NCBI GenBank assembly: GCA_963707025.1
Contig: CAVPOM010000014.1
Coordinates: 261,424 to 325,423, forward strand
Source: an uncultured Verrucomicrobiae bacterium
GTDB taxonomy: Bacteria; Verrucomicrobiota; Verrucomicrobiia; Limisphaerales; Palsa-1400
DNA length: 64,000 nucleotides
Direction: 5' to 3'
The notes beneath the pieces were generated by a model, which had not been told where the DNA came from, made no database searches, and saw only the letters and a list, made by a program, of their open reading frames with translations. Positions within the stretch are counted from its first letter, which is position 1; every line of letters begins with the position of its first letter. A program made the translations under genes and the position numbers. This document shows positions 45,922 to 55,077 of the stretch, one piece after another.

Positions 45922-46911
45922 TCAGGTCAGATCTTTGTGCCGGATTTGCACTTCGAGTATTTCCACAAAGGGAATCATCTCGTCCGCCGTGGCGTTTTCC
46001 TTGAACACTTGCAGGTAAAGTTCGGCCGGGGTGATGCGGGTAATGCGTTTGCCAACGAAGTCGCCGCGGGTGGACTTGATGTGGATGAGCAGATCCTTGT
46101 CCGCCCCGCTCAAGACCACCCGGAAAAATCCAGCCAGCTTGGTTTCAAAAAAGCGGCGGTTGAAGGAGAAATCGCCGCGCGGAAACACCAGCGGCGCGGG
46201 CAATTCCGCCTGGGCGGGCGCGGCGGCGGCGGGGCTTGGGCCGGGCGCCTCCGGAGGGGAGAACGATGGGAAGCCCTCCGCCGCCATGGGCGCGGCGGTG
46301 GCAGGCGAGGCGGGCGCGCAGGACGGCGGAACCGCCTCGGCGCCGGAGGGGGAAGATGCGTCGTCCGCGGAGGAGCGCGTGGGCAGGGCCAGGAAATAGA
46401 TGGAACTGGCCACTCCGAAGACGGGGATGGCGGCCAGGCCGCAGACCGTGGCCAAGGGTTGATGGCGAAAAACGGCGATTTCGTAAGCGGCGAAAAGATT
46501 GGCTCCATAGAGAATCAGGAGCATCAACCAACCGAGGGGACTGGTCAAAATGGCCAGAATCCCCAGATGCCCGGAGGGCCGGACGGGGGTCTCAATCGGT
46601 TTAACGGTGATCTGGCGAAACTTGGCCTTCTCCGAAGGAGTCTCGTTCGGAACCATCGGTTCGACCACGGCCCGGTCATGGGGATTTTTGGCCTCGTCCC
46701 GCAGTTGCCGCAGGGCCTCGTCGGTGAATCTGCCCCAGGAAAGGCGCGGCAAGTAGGAGTCTTCCCCCGTTTTGAGCAAAACACCGGTGTCGTCGTAACT
46801 GATGGGCTCGCCGGAAACGCGGGTGCCGTCGGTCAAGGTATAGGTGCCGGCGTTGGCCCTGAGCCACAGCAGGCCCATCCACAGCCCGATAATGAATCCA
46901 ATCCTGCGCAT
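45922..46911 (-). CDS. hypothetical membrane protein
   Basis: signal peptide, TM pair, Pro/Ala linker, C-terminal domain. Confidence 0.75.
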   Translation of the reverse strand: MRRIGFIIGLWMGLLWLRANAGTYTLTDGTRVSGEPISYDDTGVLLKTGEDSYLPRLSWGRFTDEALRQLRDEAKNPHDRAVVEPMVPNETPSEKAKFRQITVKPIETPVRPSGHLGILAILTSPLGWLMLLILYGANLFAAYEIAVFRHQPLATVCGLAAIPVFGVASSIYFLALPTRSSADDASSPSGAEAVPPSCAPASPATAAPMAAEGFPSFSPPEAPGPSPAAAAPAQAELPAPLVFPRGDFSFNRRFFETKLAGFFRVVLSGADKDLLIHIKSTRGDFVGKRITRITPAELYLQVFKENATADEMIPFVEILEVQIRHKDLT

Positions 46912-47062
46912 GTCTGATGTAATGTGCGGTGAGCCGTGGCAAAGTTCAATCTGTAAAATAAAGCGATTCTCACCGCCAGCGAACATAAAAAATACCTTGA
47001 TTAGGCTTGATTAGGCTTCATTGAACGTGTGGTTTACATAAAACATAAACTATGCTATAATT

Positions 47063-48715
47063 ATGGATACGATAATGAAACGTAACGCTTACAGCTATAT
47101 TCGCTTCTCCAGTCAGGCGCAAGCCCAGGGGGATTCCTTCCGCCGCCAGATGGCCCGGACGGTGGAGTTCTGTGAAAAACACGATTTGATTCTCAACGAA
47201 ACCCGCTACGAAGATTTGGGGGTGTCGGGGTGGACGGGGGAGAACATGGAGCGCGGGGCGCTGGGGGATTTTCTCCACGCCGTCAAATCGAACAAAATTG
47301 AAAAGGGTTCGTTGTTGATCCTGGAAAATTGGGACAGATTTTCAAGGCTCAAGCCGCGCGTGGCGTACAACAAGCTGGCGGAAATCATTGAACACGGCGT
47401 TGACGTGGTGACGCTGGAAGATGGCAAGATTCACACGAAAGAGACGCTGGACGATTTCGCCACACTCGTTTCGTCCTTCGCAGTCATGCAGAGGGCGAAT
47501 GAAGAATCTTCCCGCAAAAGCGATGTGGTGGGTGCGGCCTGGGCTGCCAAGCGCAAAGCGGTGGCAGAGGGCAAAGAGATTCTGACGCGGCATTGCCCGG
47601 CCTGGCTGCGGCCCAAGGCCGACGGCAAAGGCTTCGAGTTGATACCGGAGCGTTTTAAGGTCCTCAAGCGGATATTCAGGCTGGTAAAAGAGGGCAAGGG
47701 CAAGCGGGAGATTGCGCGGACTCTGGACGGGGAAGGCGTACCGCCATGGTCGCGGGGCGAGCATTGGCGCGACAATTACATTTTGGAACTGATCAAGTCG
47801 CGGACGCTGTTGGGCGAGTTGCATCCGTTACGACGGAAGCAACCGGACAGCGAGCCAATCAAGGGCTATTATCCGGCGGCGATTGATGAGGAGACGTGGA
47901 CGGCCATCCAGCCGCGAAAAAGGGAATTCGCAGCGGGGCCGCAGTCCGTCGTGAATTTGTTTTCCGGGTTGTTGCACGATGGCTACCACCCGGATTACCT
48001 GATGAAGGTTACGGCGTCGAGCCGGGATAAGAACTACATTTACATGCAGAGCGATTATCATGCCGTTGACCCGCTTTTCACCCAGTGGCAAAAGGAGATC
48101 AAGGCAGGGCGCAAGGCCGGCCCGCGCCCGTTTTCGAGTGAGGGATTCCGGTATGGGGAATTTGAGAGGCATTTTTTGGAACATTTTGAAGACATTGACT
48201 TCCACGCAATTTTGCCGAATAAGCCGGTTGTCGAAACTGGCCGCGTTGAACATTTGCAAGCGGAAAAGAAAGCCAACGAAAAGGCGCTGGCGAATTTGCT
48301 CAAGGCGCTGGAAACGGGGGAAGAATCGGCGGTGGTGATGGGGCAAATCAAGAAACGGGAAGCGGCGGCGGGCCGGCTGGCGCGGGAAGTGGCGGTGGAA
48401 ACTCAACGATTGAAAGCGGAGCGTCACGCGGTGGACAGTTTCCAGGAGGAGCAGCAGCGGTTGACGGAACTGATGGCCGGATCGAGCCGTGAGGCCCGGC
48501 TGGCCTTGCGGGCGTTGTTCCACCGCATTATCGAGCGGATTGACTTTTTTGTTGCTGGATTGTTTGAAGTGCCGTCGGACATGAAAGTGCATGTTGACCC
48601 AAAGCACTACGGCATGACGTGCTACAGCGTGACACTGGTTGGCGGGTACAAGATGTGGATATGGTGGGATGGCTTGCAAATTTGGGAAGAGCCGAATCCA
48701 CCAAAGCCGGTCTGA
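47063..48715 (+). CDS. large serine recombinase
   Basis: YSYIRFSS (catalytic Ser), EDLGVSG, ENWDRFSR, YYPAAID, coiled coil. Confidence 0.93.
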   Translation: MDTIMKRNAYSYIRFSSQAQAQGDSFRRQMARTVEFCEKHDLILNETRYEDLGVSGWTGENMERGALGDFLHAVKSNKIEKGSLLILENWDRFSRLKPRVAYNKLAEIIEHGVDVVTLEDGKIHTKETLDDFATLVSSFAVMQRANEESSRKSDVVGAAWAAKRKAVAEGKEILTRHCPAWLRPKADGKGFELIPERFKVLKRIFRLVKEGKGKREIARTLDGEGVPPWSRGEHWRDNYILELIKSRTLLGELHPLRRKQPDSEPIKGYYPAAIDEETWTAIQPRKREFAAGPQSVVNLFSGLLHDGYHPDYLMKVTASSRDKNYIYMQSDYHAVDPLFTQWQKEIKAGRKAGPRPFSSEGFRYGEFERHFLEHFEDIDFHAILPNKPVVETGRVEHLQAEKKANEKALANLLKALETGEESAVVMGQIKKREAAAGRLAREVAVETQRLKAERHAVDSFQEEQQRLTELMAGSSREARLALRALFHRIIERIDFFVAGLFEVPSDMKVHVDPKHYGMTCYSVTLVGGYKMWIWWDGLQIWEEPNPPKPV

Positions 48716-49049
48716 GACAGGCCGCATAATTGGGAAGGGCGCGAAGGGTTAGCGGCATCGGAGTCCAGAGGGTGCGCCCTCTGGCGGGTGGGGTGTGGGG
48801 CGGAAGTCACCGCCCCACTGAAAACCAAACTGCGGGCACTCGGGCGGACCATTTTCCTTTCCGCCTACCGGAAAGGGGCGAAGCGTACAGGCCAGCGCGA
48901 GCGGAATTGGAGTCCATGAGGGCTTGCCCTCTGGCGCGGGTCTGGGCCGGCGTGAGGCCCGGCGCCGGGGTTTGGGGACGGCGCAAGTCCCCAACGACGG
49001 AAAAATGGCTGAACTGCTGCCAGTCCAGCCGTATGGGTGTTTCTGACGG

Positions 49050-49451
49050 TCAATCCTCCCCCAACATCATCAGGGTGATGGCGGGCTGCGGGTCGTCAAT
49101 GTCGAGCGGGCCGCAAACGGCGGTCAACCTGACAAGTCGAGGGGCGCGGTTGTCGTTGCGGACGTACAACGCAACCGGCAAGCGGTCGCAACCGGGGCGG
49201 CTGCGGAGGATGGCGAACCGTGTCATTGTCATTAGGTCCCAGAGGCGACCGGCTTCGTCCTGGCCGGCCACGCCTGGCGGCACGGTCACGTAAGCATCAT
49301 AAACGGCGCGGGTGAGAAAAACCGGAAAACGGATGCCGGCTTCCTGGGCGGTCTTGGAAACCTCAATCTGCACGCCGTCGGCAACGGCCTGTGAGCGGGT
49401 GTAAGAAAAGATGACTTCGCCAAAGGGCGAATTCTCGTTGTTCGTGTTCAT
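49050..49451 (-). CDS. DUF6573-like mobile-element protein
   Basis: VIFSYTRSQAVADG...QDEAGRLWD; family name from recall. Confidence 0.75.
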   Translation of the reverse strand: MNTNNENSPFGEVIFSYTRSQAVADGVQIEVSKTAQEAGIRFPVFLTRAVYDAYVTVPPGVAGQDEAGRLWDLMTMTRFAILRSRPGCDRLPVALYVRNDNRAPRLVRLTAVCGPLDIDDPQPAITLMMLGED

Positions 49452-49456
49452 GGTTT

Positions 49457-49678
49457 TTAGCGGTTAAGGATGGGGACTTCGGACTGTGGAGAGATACGAA
49501 CCAAACCGGGTTTGGGTTGAATGCGGACACGCACGCCCAAAAGCGTGGTGAATTCGCGGGGCTGCTTGGTGACGGCGACAACGGCGGAACAATCGCTGAC
49601 ACGGACAACGCGACACGGCTTGCCGTCCAGGCGGATGACATCGCCAGCATGGAGACGGAATAGATAAACGGTTTTCAT
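49457..49678 (-). CDS. small hypothetical protein (SH3-like beta pattern)
   Basis: LHAGDVIRLDGKPCRVVRVS; start overlaps upstream stop. Confidence 0.65.
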   Translation of the reverse strand: MKTVYLFRLHAGDVIRLDGKPCRVVRVSDCSAVVAVTKQPREFTTLLGVRVRIQPKPGLVRISPQSEVPILNR

Positions 49679-49884
49679 TTGGAATTTTGAGAAACAAACA
49701 AACGCGCTTGCGCGGATTCTGCGGCACGGTGGGCGCGGTCGGCTTCGGCTCGCTCTCGGGCAAGACGATCTCCGTCCAAACCGGTTTGGAGTGCGAGATT
49801 GAAGGTGGCCGGGGCAAACAAAAACTCATGCTGGGGGAGTGGCAAGCGCCGTCTGTTTCTTTTCATGGGGTGGTGTCCAGTCAA
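49675..49884 (-). CDS. small hypothetical protein
   Basis: overlaps both neighbours by 4 nt. Confidence 0.55.
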   Translation of the reverse strand: MTGHHPMKRNRRRLPLPQHEFLFAPATFNLALQTGLDGDRLARERAEADRAHRAAESAQARLFVSQNSK

Positions 49885-50276
49885 GCGGGTTTCGTGTCTG
49901 CCGGGAAGAAGGTCTGATATTTGTCGCGGGGGTCACGGTGGCTGCCGGTGACAAACTGGCCGCAAGGGTGCTGCCAAGCCTGGCGTTTCCGATTCCAATG
50001 GAAACCAAACTGAGACAGGGCGGCGGTAATCTCTGGCGGCTGGCGGTCGTCAAACTGAATCCAAACCCATTTGCCAACTACCTGCGCCAATTCCCAAAAG
50101 CGCGGGGTCTCGTGATAAAGCATGTCCAAGAGTTTTTCCGTGGAAAGTCCACGGTTCTTAAATCGGAGTTTGAAATCAATCCGATGCGGTTGTTCTGCAT
50201 CCGCAGTTTTTGAAACCGACGATGGCCGGACATTCGCCGGTGCTGACGCTTCAATTTTTAGATGTGTTGTTTTCAT
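49881..50276 (-). CDS. hypothetical protein with VGxWVW...GFxWxxKRxAW motif
   Basis: aromatic/basic motif recalled from plasmid/phage proteins; first gene of the operon. Confidence 0.7.
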   Translation of the reverse strand: MKTTHLKIEASAPANVRPSSVSKTADAEQPHRIDFKLRFKNRGLSTEKLLDMLYHETPRFWELAQVVGKWVWIQFDDRQPPEITAALSQFGFHWNRKRQAWQHPCGQFVTGSHRDPRDKYQTFFPADTKPA

Positions 50277-51177
50277 AGCTTTTTTTTTGAACCGCTGTCC
50301 GTCACCCTGCCGTTTGCTGCTCGCTTCACCTGATTGGGAGACAGCGATGCCGTGCGCGAAGTGCATTCAACCCCCAGCGAAAGCTAAAACCGTGACAGTG
50401 GCGAAAGGGCAAAGGGGAGACGCTGGCGCGGTTTTTGATCTCGCTCCTCGACTCGGCTCGGTGTCGGACAAGCGAGCAGCAAATGGCGGGGTGATGGCGT
50501 GCGAAAAAAAAGGCGCAGAAAACAACCTGAATGAGGCGGGCAGACGGGTAATTGCCTCACACTATCGCGGAGCGGCGGGGTTGGCGGGGTTCATGCCGGG
50601 GCCGGGGGCGGGCATGAAACATGACAGACGCGCGTAATCAGGATTCCCCGGCTCCGTTGTGAATTTCCAAAGCCGTGAGCGAAACGGAGCGTTTGGGCTG
50701 GCCGCCCGCGTAGGGGAAAGGGTCGCGGAGCGGACGGACCAAAAAGCGGAGTGGAGCGGCGGATTTGGAAATTCATCAAGGGAGCTTCAACGGGGGAGCC
50801 AAGTCTTGCCGGGTTTGGCGGCGTAGTCTCAACGAGGGGAAGCCAAAGCCGGCAAGTCTTGGCGACAGGGCGGGGCAATGGGGCGAGTAGGGGGCACGCG
50901 GGGGCCGCGATTTCTTGTCGCTCAACCTGAAAGGCCCGGAGTGGAGCGGTCGGCCATTTGCGTAGGCCCAGACGCGCAGTGCGAGCGGAGCGAGACCGAG
51001 CATCGTAGCCGGAGCAAATGGGCGAAGGAGCGGAACGGAGAGGCTTTCAGGCTGAGGGACAAGCTCGAATCGGGGGCGGCCTGAGTGCGTCGGTTTTGCG
51101 GAGCGTAGCCGGAGGGTGGCGGGGGAGCGGAGCGAAAGCGAAAGCCGCCGCTCTCAGGACGCTGGAAAAATGGTGAT

Positions 51178-54100
51178 TCACCGTTGAAGAGACTTCAATG
51201 CATCAAAGGAGCGACGAACTTCCGGCAGCGGGTCGGATGCGCACAAGCTTCGCCACAACAGTATAGGGGATGGCTCCGAAGCACCGGGATAGGATTTGCC
51301 ATACCAGAGCGCAAGCGATCCCGCCAGTGTGCCAACAAGCATGCGCAAATCCGGACGTTTGGTCTCCGGATAGTCGCCACTTTGTTCATCTTCAATGGGG
51401 ATCATTAGCGCATGGTGCCAAGTAACCAAACTGGCAGAAATCAGGGTGGCTTGTTGTAGATTGATTTTCTCTGGTTTCTCGACGATTAGATAAGACAAAT
51501 GATAAAGGCAATAAATGGCCCCGGCCTTACGACGAAAAACTACCCGTTCAATAAGAGTTTGGAGGAGAAGTGGCGGGGGAACGGGAACCCGCCCGGCGTC
51601 AGAAAGATGAATCCAGTGACGTGTAGCCTTAGCGGCAGCGGCAACCGCGTCTTCAATGTCTGAATTCAAGTCCTGTAAGATTGTGTCACCTATGTTTGGG
51701 GCATCACCTGGACGTTGTATCAAAATGTAGGGGAGCGCGACTGTCGGAAACGCACGAACATCGCGCATTTCCCGAAGCCAGTTGGTTAATTGTTGCCAGC
51801 GGGCATCGTTCGCTCGCTCCATGGTGGGGATAATCGCCCGCGCCAAGAATTGACCCATCTTTCCGAGCGTACACATGACTGCGTCTTTCCCGCTGTTTCC
51901 GAACGGCCCACTTGGAATTGCGATCTTGAATATCTCCTTATCATTTGCCCACCAATCTAGCGCCTTCAAATACAGGGAGTTTGATTCGTCAGGAGTCCAA
52001 TCCAATCCGCCAACCTCTTCCGATGCAAGCTGAATGATTGGTTTTGAGGCTGCTAACGCCTCCGTGATGAGGGGTTCAGCCTCGTTCCATTTAGCAGTAA
52101 TAGTGAGGCGACCTGCGGCATTTCGCGTGACCACACGCTGCGCAGGAAGTGACAAAATTCGACTCTTAACGGCAGCATGTACATCAATGCCTGCGGGTGC
52201 AGGAAGATGAAGGAATCCATACACGGCAAAGTTGGGCAGCGCAGGAAGATCGCTGCCGATTCTTCGGCTCCATAGCAACTCGCCAAATTGGATGCTTTGG
52301 GCGGCTGTCATTATGTTGATATGATAGACACTAATCAGCCGCATGATGGCCCTGATCCAGCCTTCACCGGATTCACTCGCGGCTCTCCTGAGAAGCCAGT
52401 CGGTCGCATCATTGATCTTTGGCACGAGGTCCGGGGTGTTATTTTTTGCTGCCTCCTCCAGGCCCCGTCTTGATAGGAAATGTTGCATCGGATCGGGCCA
52501 TGTTTGGTTTGGCGGCAAATATGGATGAATGCCCTTCTCAAGAAGCGGCGACTTGATCAAGGCTGGGAGCCACTCCAAAAGCAATACAGCATCAGCCGCC
52601 TCAAATAATCGCTTAAACCACGGTTCGCTGGATTTATGTAAGACATCGTGAGCTCGCACAAGCGGGTGTTCATGTAACTGAAGAACGATCGGGAAAGCAT
52701 TTCTGAGGTCCGAAGCTTCCACCTTGAAAGCCAGCCGCGATAACACCTCCGGCAGCAGCTCAAGTAGTGATACCTGTAAGGAGTCCATGGCGACATGTCC
52801 AGACAATGAAGCTATTTCCCGTTCCAAAATCCGCAAACACCAATGATACAGTCGTTTGGCGAGAGCGGAATCCATGGCTACCACACGAGGTCGACAGAGA
52901 AAGTCATCATTTTTAATGGCGCTTACCTTGCCTGCACGAATTAAAAGCGCTGGACTCCAAAAACCAATGAATGGCGCAATCCAGCGGCACGCGTTTTTTA
53001 GGGCGTCTCCTGCAATATCGAGATACGGAAGGCGCATTGGCAGTCCCACTTGTTCGTAGAGCCGAATGCAGGCAAAGGCCGGCAAATGTGATCCAATCGG
53101 GTCGGTAGGCCAGCGTCTTGAAATGCTGGCCTCTCCAGGATCGAAGCTTTGGACTTCTTCCTCCAACTTTTGCATTCGCGGAGGTGGTGCAGACAAAATC
53201 TGCTCGAAATAGTCTTTGTGAGGCCAAGGGTTGCAATCCCAAGCCTTGAGTTCGTCCCATCGGTCCCCGAACTCTTCACGGACAATTGGATGCCTTTCAA
53301 AATTGAGGGCAGTTTCGACCATATAAAGGAGATACGTACACCATCCTTCCAAGGAAAGGAGTTCGATGTTCCGCCCCTGATTTCGCAGAGACCTTCTTAT
53401 TTCCAGCAGTGCAGTTCGAAGAATTGTCCTCGATTCGCCTAATGCATCGGATTCCGCCAACAAGCCGGCTTTCCAAATGGCCGCAAGAGGCGAACCTGGC
53501 GAAGGAATCCATTGCGCCATGATCGCTTTAAGTGATTCGCGTTCGACGTTCCAAGTTGCCCAAAGTGCCTCCTCATAGCAGATCCTGTCCGCATATTTCG
53601 GATTTTCCTCCACCAGTTGGCGAATCTTTGTTTTCAACGCCTCCCATCGAGCACTATTGTAAGTTTCCCGTGCTTCCCTAAGCAAGCCAAACGCAATGCT
53701 AAACCAAGCATCAATGACCTCAAAATTCGGATCAGAACAATGCGCGAGATTTTCTACCAATGGGCTAAGTGGTCGCCCCGCGACGGCTTCTCCAAAAACA
53801 TCGTTGAACGCCCTTTCAAATGGCTCAATAATCTCCGGAAAGAGTGGTACAAAGGCAGTTTCAAACCGCCAATTGATCTCACGAAACAGTAATATCCTGT
53901 CAGCCGCAGCCCAATCTTTCGTGGTATGAACGAGCAGCCCCGTCCAGTATTTTGTATTTTGCCAAAGAGTGGACCGTTTGCCTTCGGGAGCAACAACCCA
54001 ACCTGGGTACTTCACCCGCTCAAATCGCCAGCGCGCCAGTATGTCTGCCACATTCTGCGATGTCAGGGGCGTTCGATGATCATGCGCTAATCCAATGGGA

Positions 54101-55077
54101 TCGGGGATGACATCTCCGAAATCAAGGATTGGAGGACTGTTCTTCGGAATGGCTACCGAAACACGCACGAAGTTGGGCCACTTCTCGGGTCTTGGCTTTC
54201 TTGCCGAGGCGAGATTCATTAAAAACCACTCAATCGAAGCTTCGTGAATTCCCTTTGTGGTGTGAACACCCGAAAATAAAGGCCCCAAATCAATCGGAGT
54301 CACACCGCGATGCATAAGCAGTGAACGTCCGCCATCGTTTAACATCAGCGGGCCGACTAAGTAGAAAGGGGAATGGTTTCCAACAAGTTCGTCTCGAATC
54401 CAACCTGTCCACGCCAAAAAGTTCGGATCGTTTCCAGAAAATCCAAGGAGCACAATTGAGTTCTCCAGTAATGATTGCTGGACCGAATTGACGAAAGGGG
54501 CAAATGCCCTTGGGTACGTCCGATAATCCTCCTCCGATATAATGAACGGGGTTTGCGAGGGAAATGAACCGTGGAGCTTGACTATTCGCGGAGCGAACGC
54601 CGTCGTCAACTCACTGGCCTTGATGACTGGTTGATATGTCCTACCATCAACTTCTGTTCGTTCAAGTAGGGTATCGTAGTTGGTGGTAAAAACGTCCGCC
54701 CATGGTAGCTGCAAAAGCAAACGGTGAAGCTTTCCGGGCTGATGGTCGGAATCAGGGATTTGACTGCGAATTAGGAGATGCAGTTTATGCTTACCGAACG
54801 CGGCTTCATACTCGCTCGCAATTCTAAGCGCATTTGCGTTGCTAAAATGCGCCTCTCTTGCTGTTTGCTCACTGCTGTCGCCAGGTAGGACGGGATGCAA
54901 TTCATCGAACATCGATCGGGTTAACTGCGGCCATGTGGGAAATCGTGTTGAGATACCCGGCAGTGGCTCTGCGTTGAGGCTAAATCCTGCACCGACCATG
55001 ACCGAGGCTCTGGATTTCGGCCAGAGCCAAAGATCCTGTTGCAGGTGCCGCAAATGTGTCGAGTCTGGGAATGTCAT
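51178..55077 (-). CDS. SIR2-domain protein, DSR-like (putative anti-phage NADase)
   Basis: VGAGFS, TTNYD, KLHGS, GFSGNDPNF, then ~1000-aa helical C-terminus; visibly lower GC. Confidence 0.88.
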   Translation of the reverse strand: MTFPDSTHLRHLQQDLWLWPKSRASVMVGAGFSLNAEPLPGISTRFPTWPQLTRSMFDELHPVLPGDSSEQTAREAHFSNANALRIASEYEAAFGKHKLHLLIRSQIPDSDHQPGKLHRLLLQLPWADVFTTNYDTLLERTEVDGRTYQPVIKASELTTAFAPRIVKLHGSFPSQTPFIISEEDYRTYPRAFAPFVNSVQQSLLENSIVLLGFSGNDPNFLAWTGWIRDELVGNHSPFYLVGPLMLNDGGRSLLMHRGVTPIDLGPLFSGVHTTKGIHEASIEWFLMNLASARKPRPEKWPNFVRVSVAIPKNSPPILDFGDVIPDPIGLAHDHRTPLTSQNVADILARWRFERVKYPGWVVAPEGKRSTLWQNTKYWTGLLVHTTKDWAAADRILLFREINWRFETAFVPLFPEIIEPFERAFNDVFGEAVAGRPLSPLVENLAHCSDPNFEVIDAWFSIAFGLLREARETYNSARWEALKTKIRQLVEENPKYADRICYEEALWATWNVERESLKAIMAQWIPSPGSPLAAIWKAGLLAESDALGESRTILRTALLEIRRSLRNQGRNIELLSLEGWCTYLLYMVETALNFERHPIVREEFGDRWDELKAWDCNPWPHKDYFEQILSAPPPRMQKLEEEVQSFDPGEASISRRWPTDPIGSHLPAFACIRLYEQVGLPMRLPYLDIAGDALKNACRWIAPFIGFWSPALLIRAGKVSAIKNDDFLCRPRVVAMDSALAKRLYHWCLRILEREIASLSGHVAMDSLQVSLLELLPEVLSRLAFKVEASDLRNAFPIVLQLHEHPLVRAHDVLHKSSEPWFKRLFEAADAVLLLEWLPALIKSPLLEKGIHPYLPPNQTWPDPMQHFLSRRGLEEAAKNNTPDLVPKINDATDWLLRRAASESGEGWIRAIMRLISVYHINIMTAAQSIQFGELLWSRRIGSDLPALPNFAVYGFLHLPAPAGIDVHAAVKSRILSLPAQRVVTRNAAGRLTITAKWNEAEPLITEALAASKPIIQLASEEVGGLDWTPDESNSLYLKALDWWANDKEIFKIAIPSGPFGNSGKDAVMCTLGKMGQFLARAIIPTMERANDARWQQLTNWLREMRDVRAFPTVALPYILIQRPGDAPNIGDTILQDLNSDIEDAVAAAAKATRHWIHLSDAGRVPVPPPLLLQTLIERVVFRRKAGAIYCLYHLSYLIVEKPEKINLQQATLISASLVTWHHALMIPIEDEQSGDYPETKRPDLRMLVGTLAGSLALWYGKSYPGASEPSPILLWRSLCASDPLPEVRRSFDALKSLQR

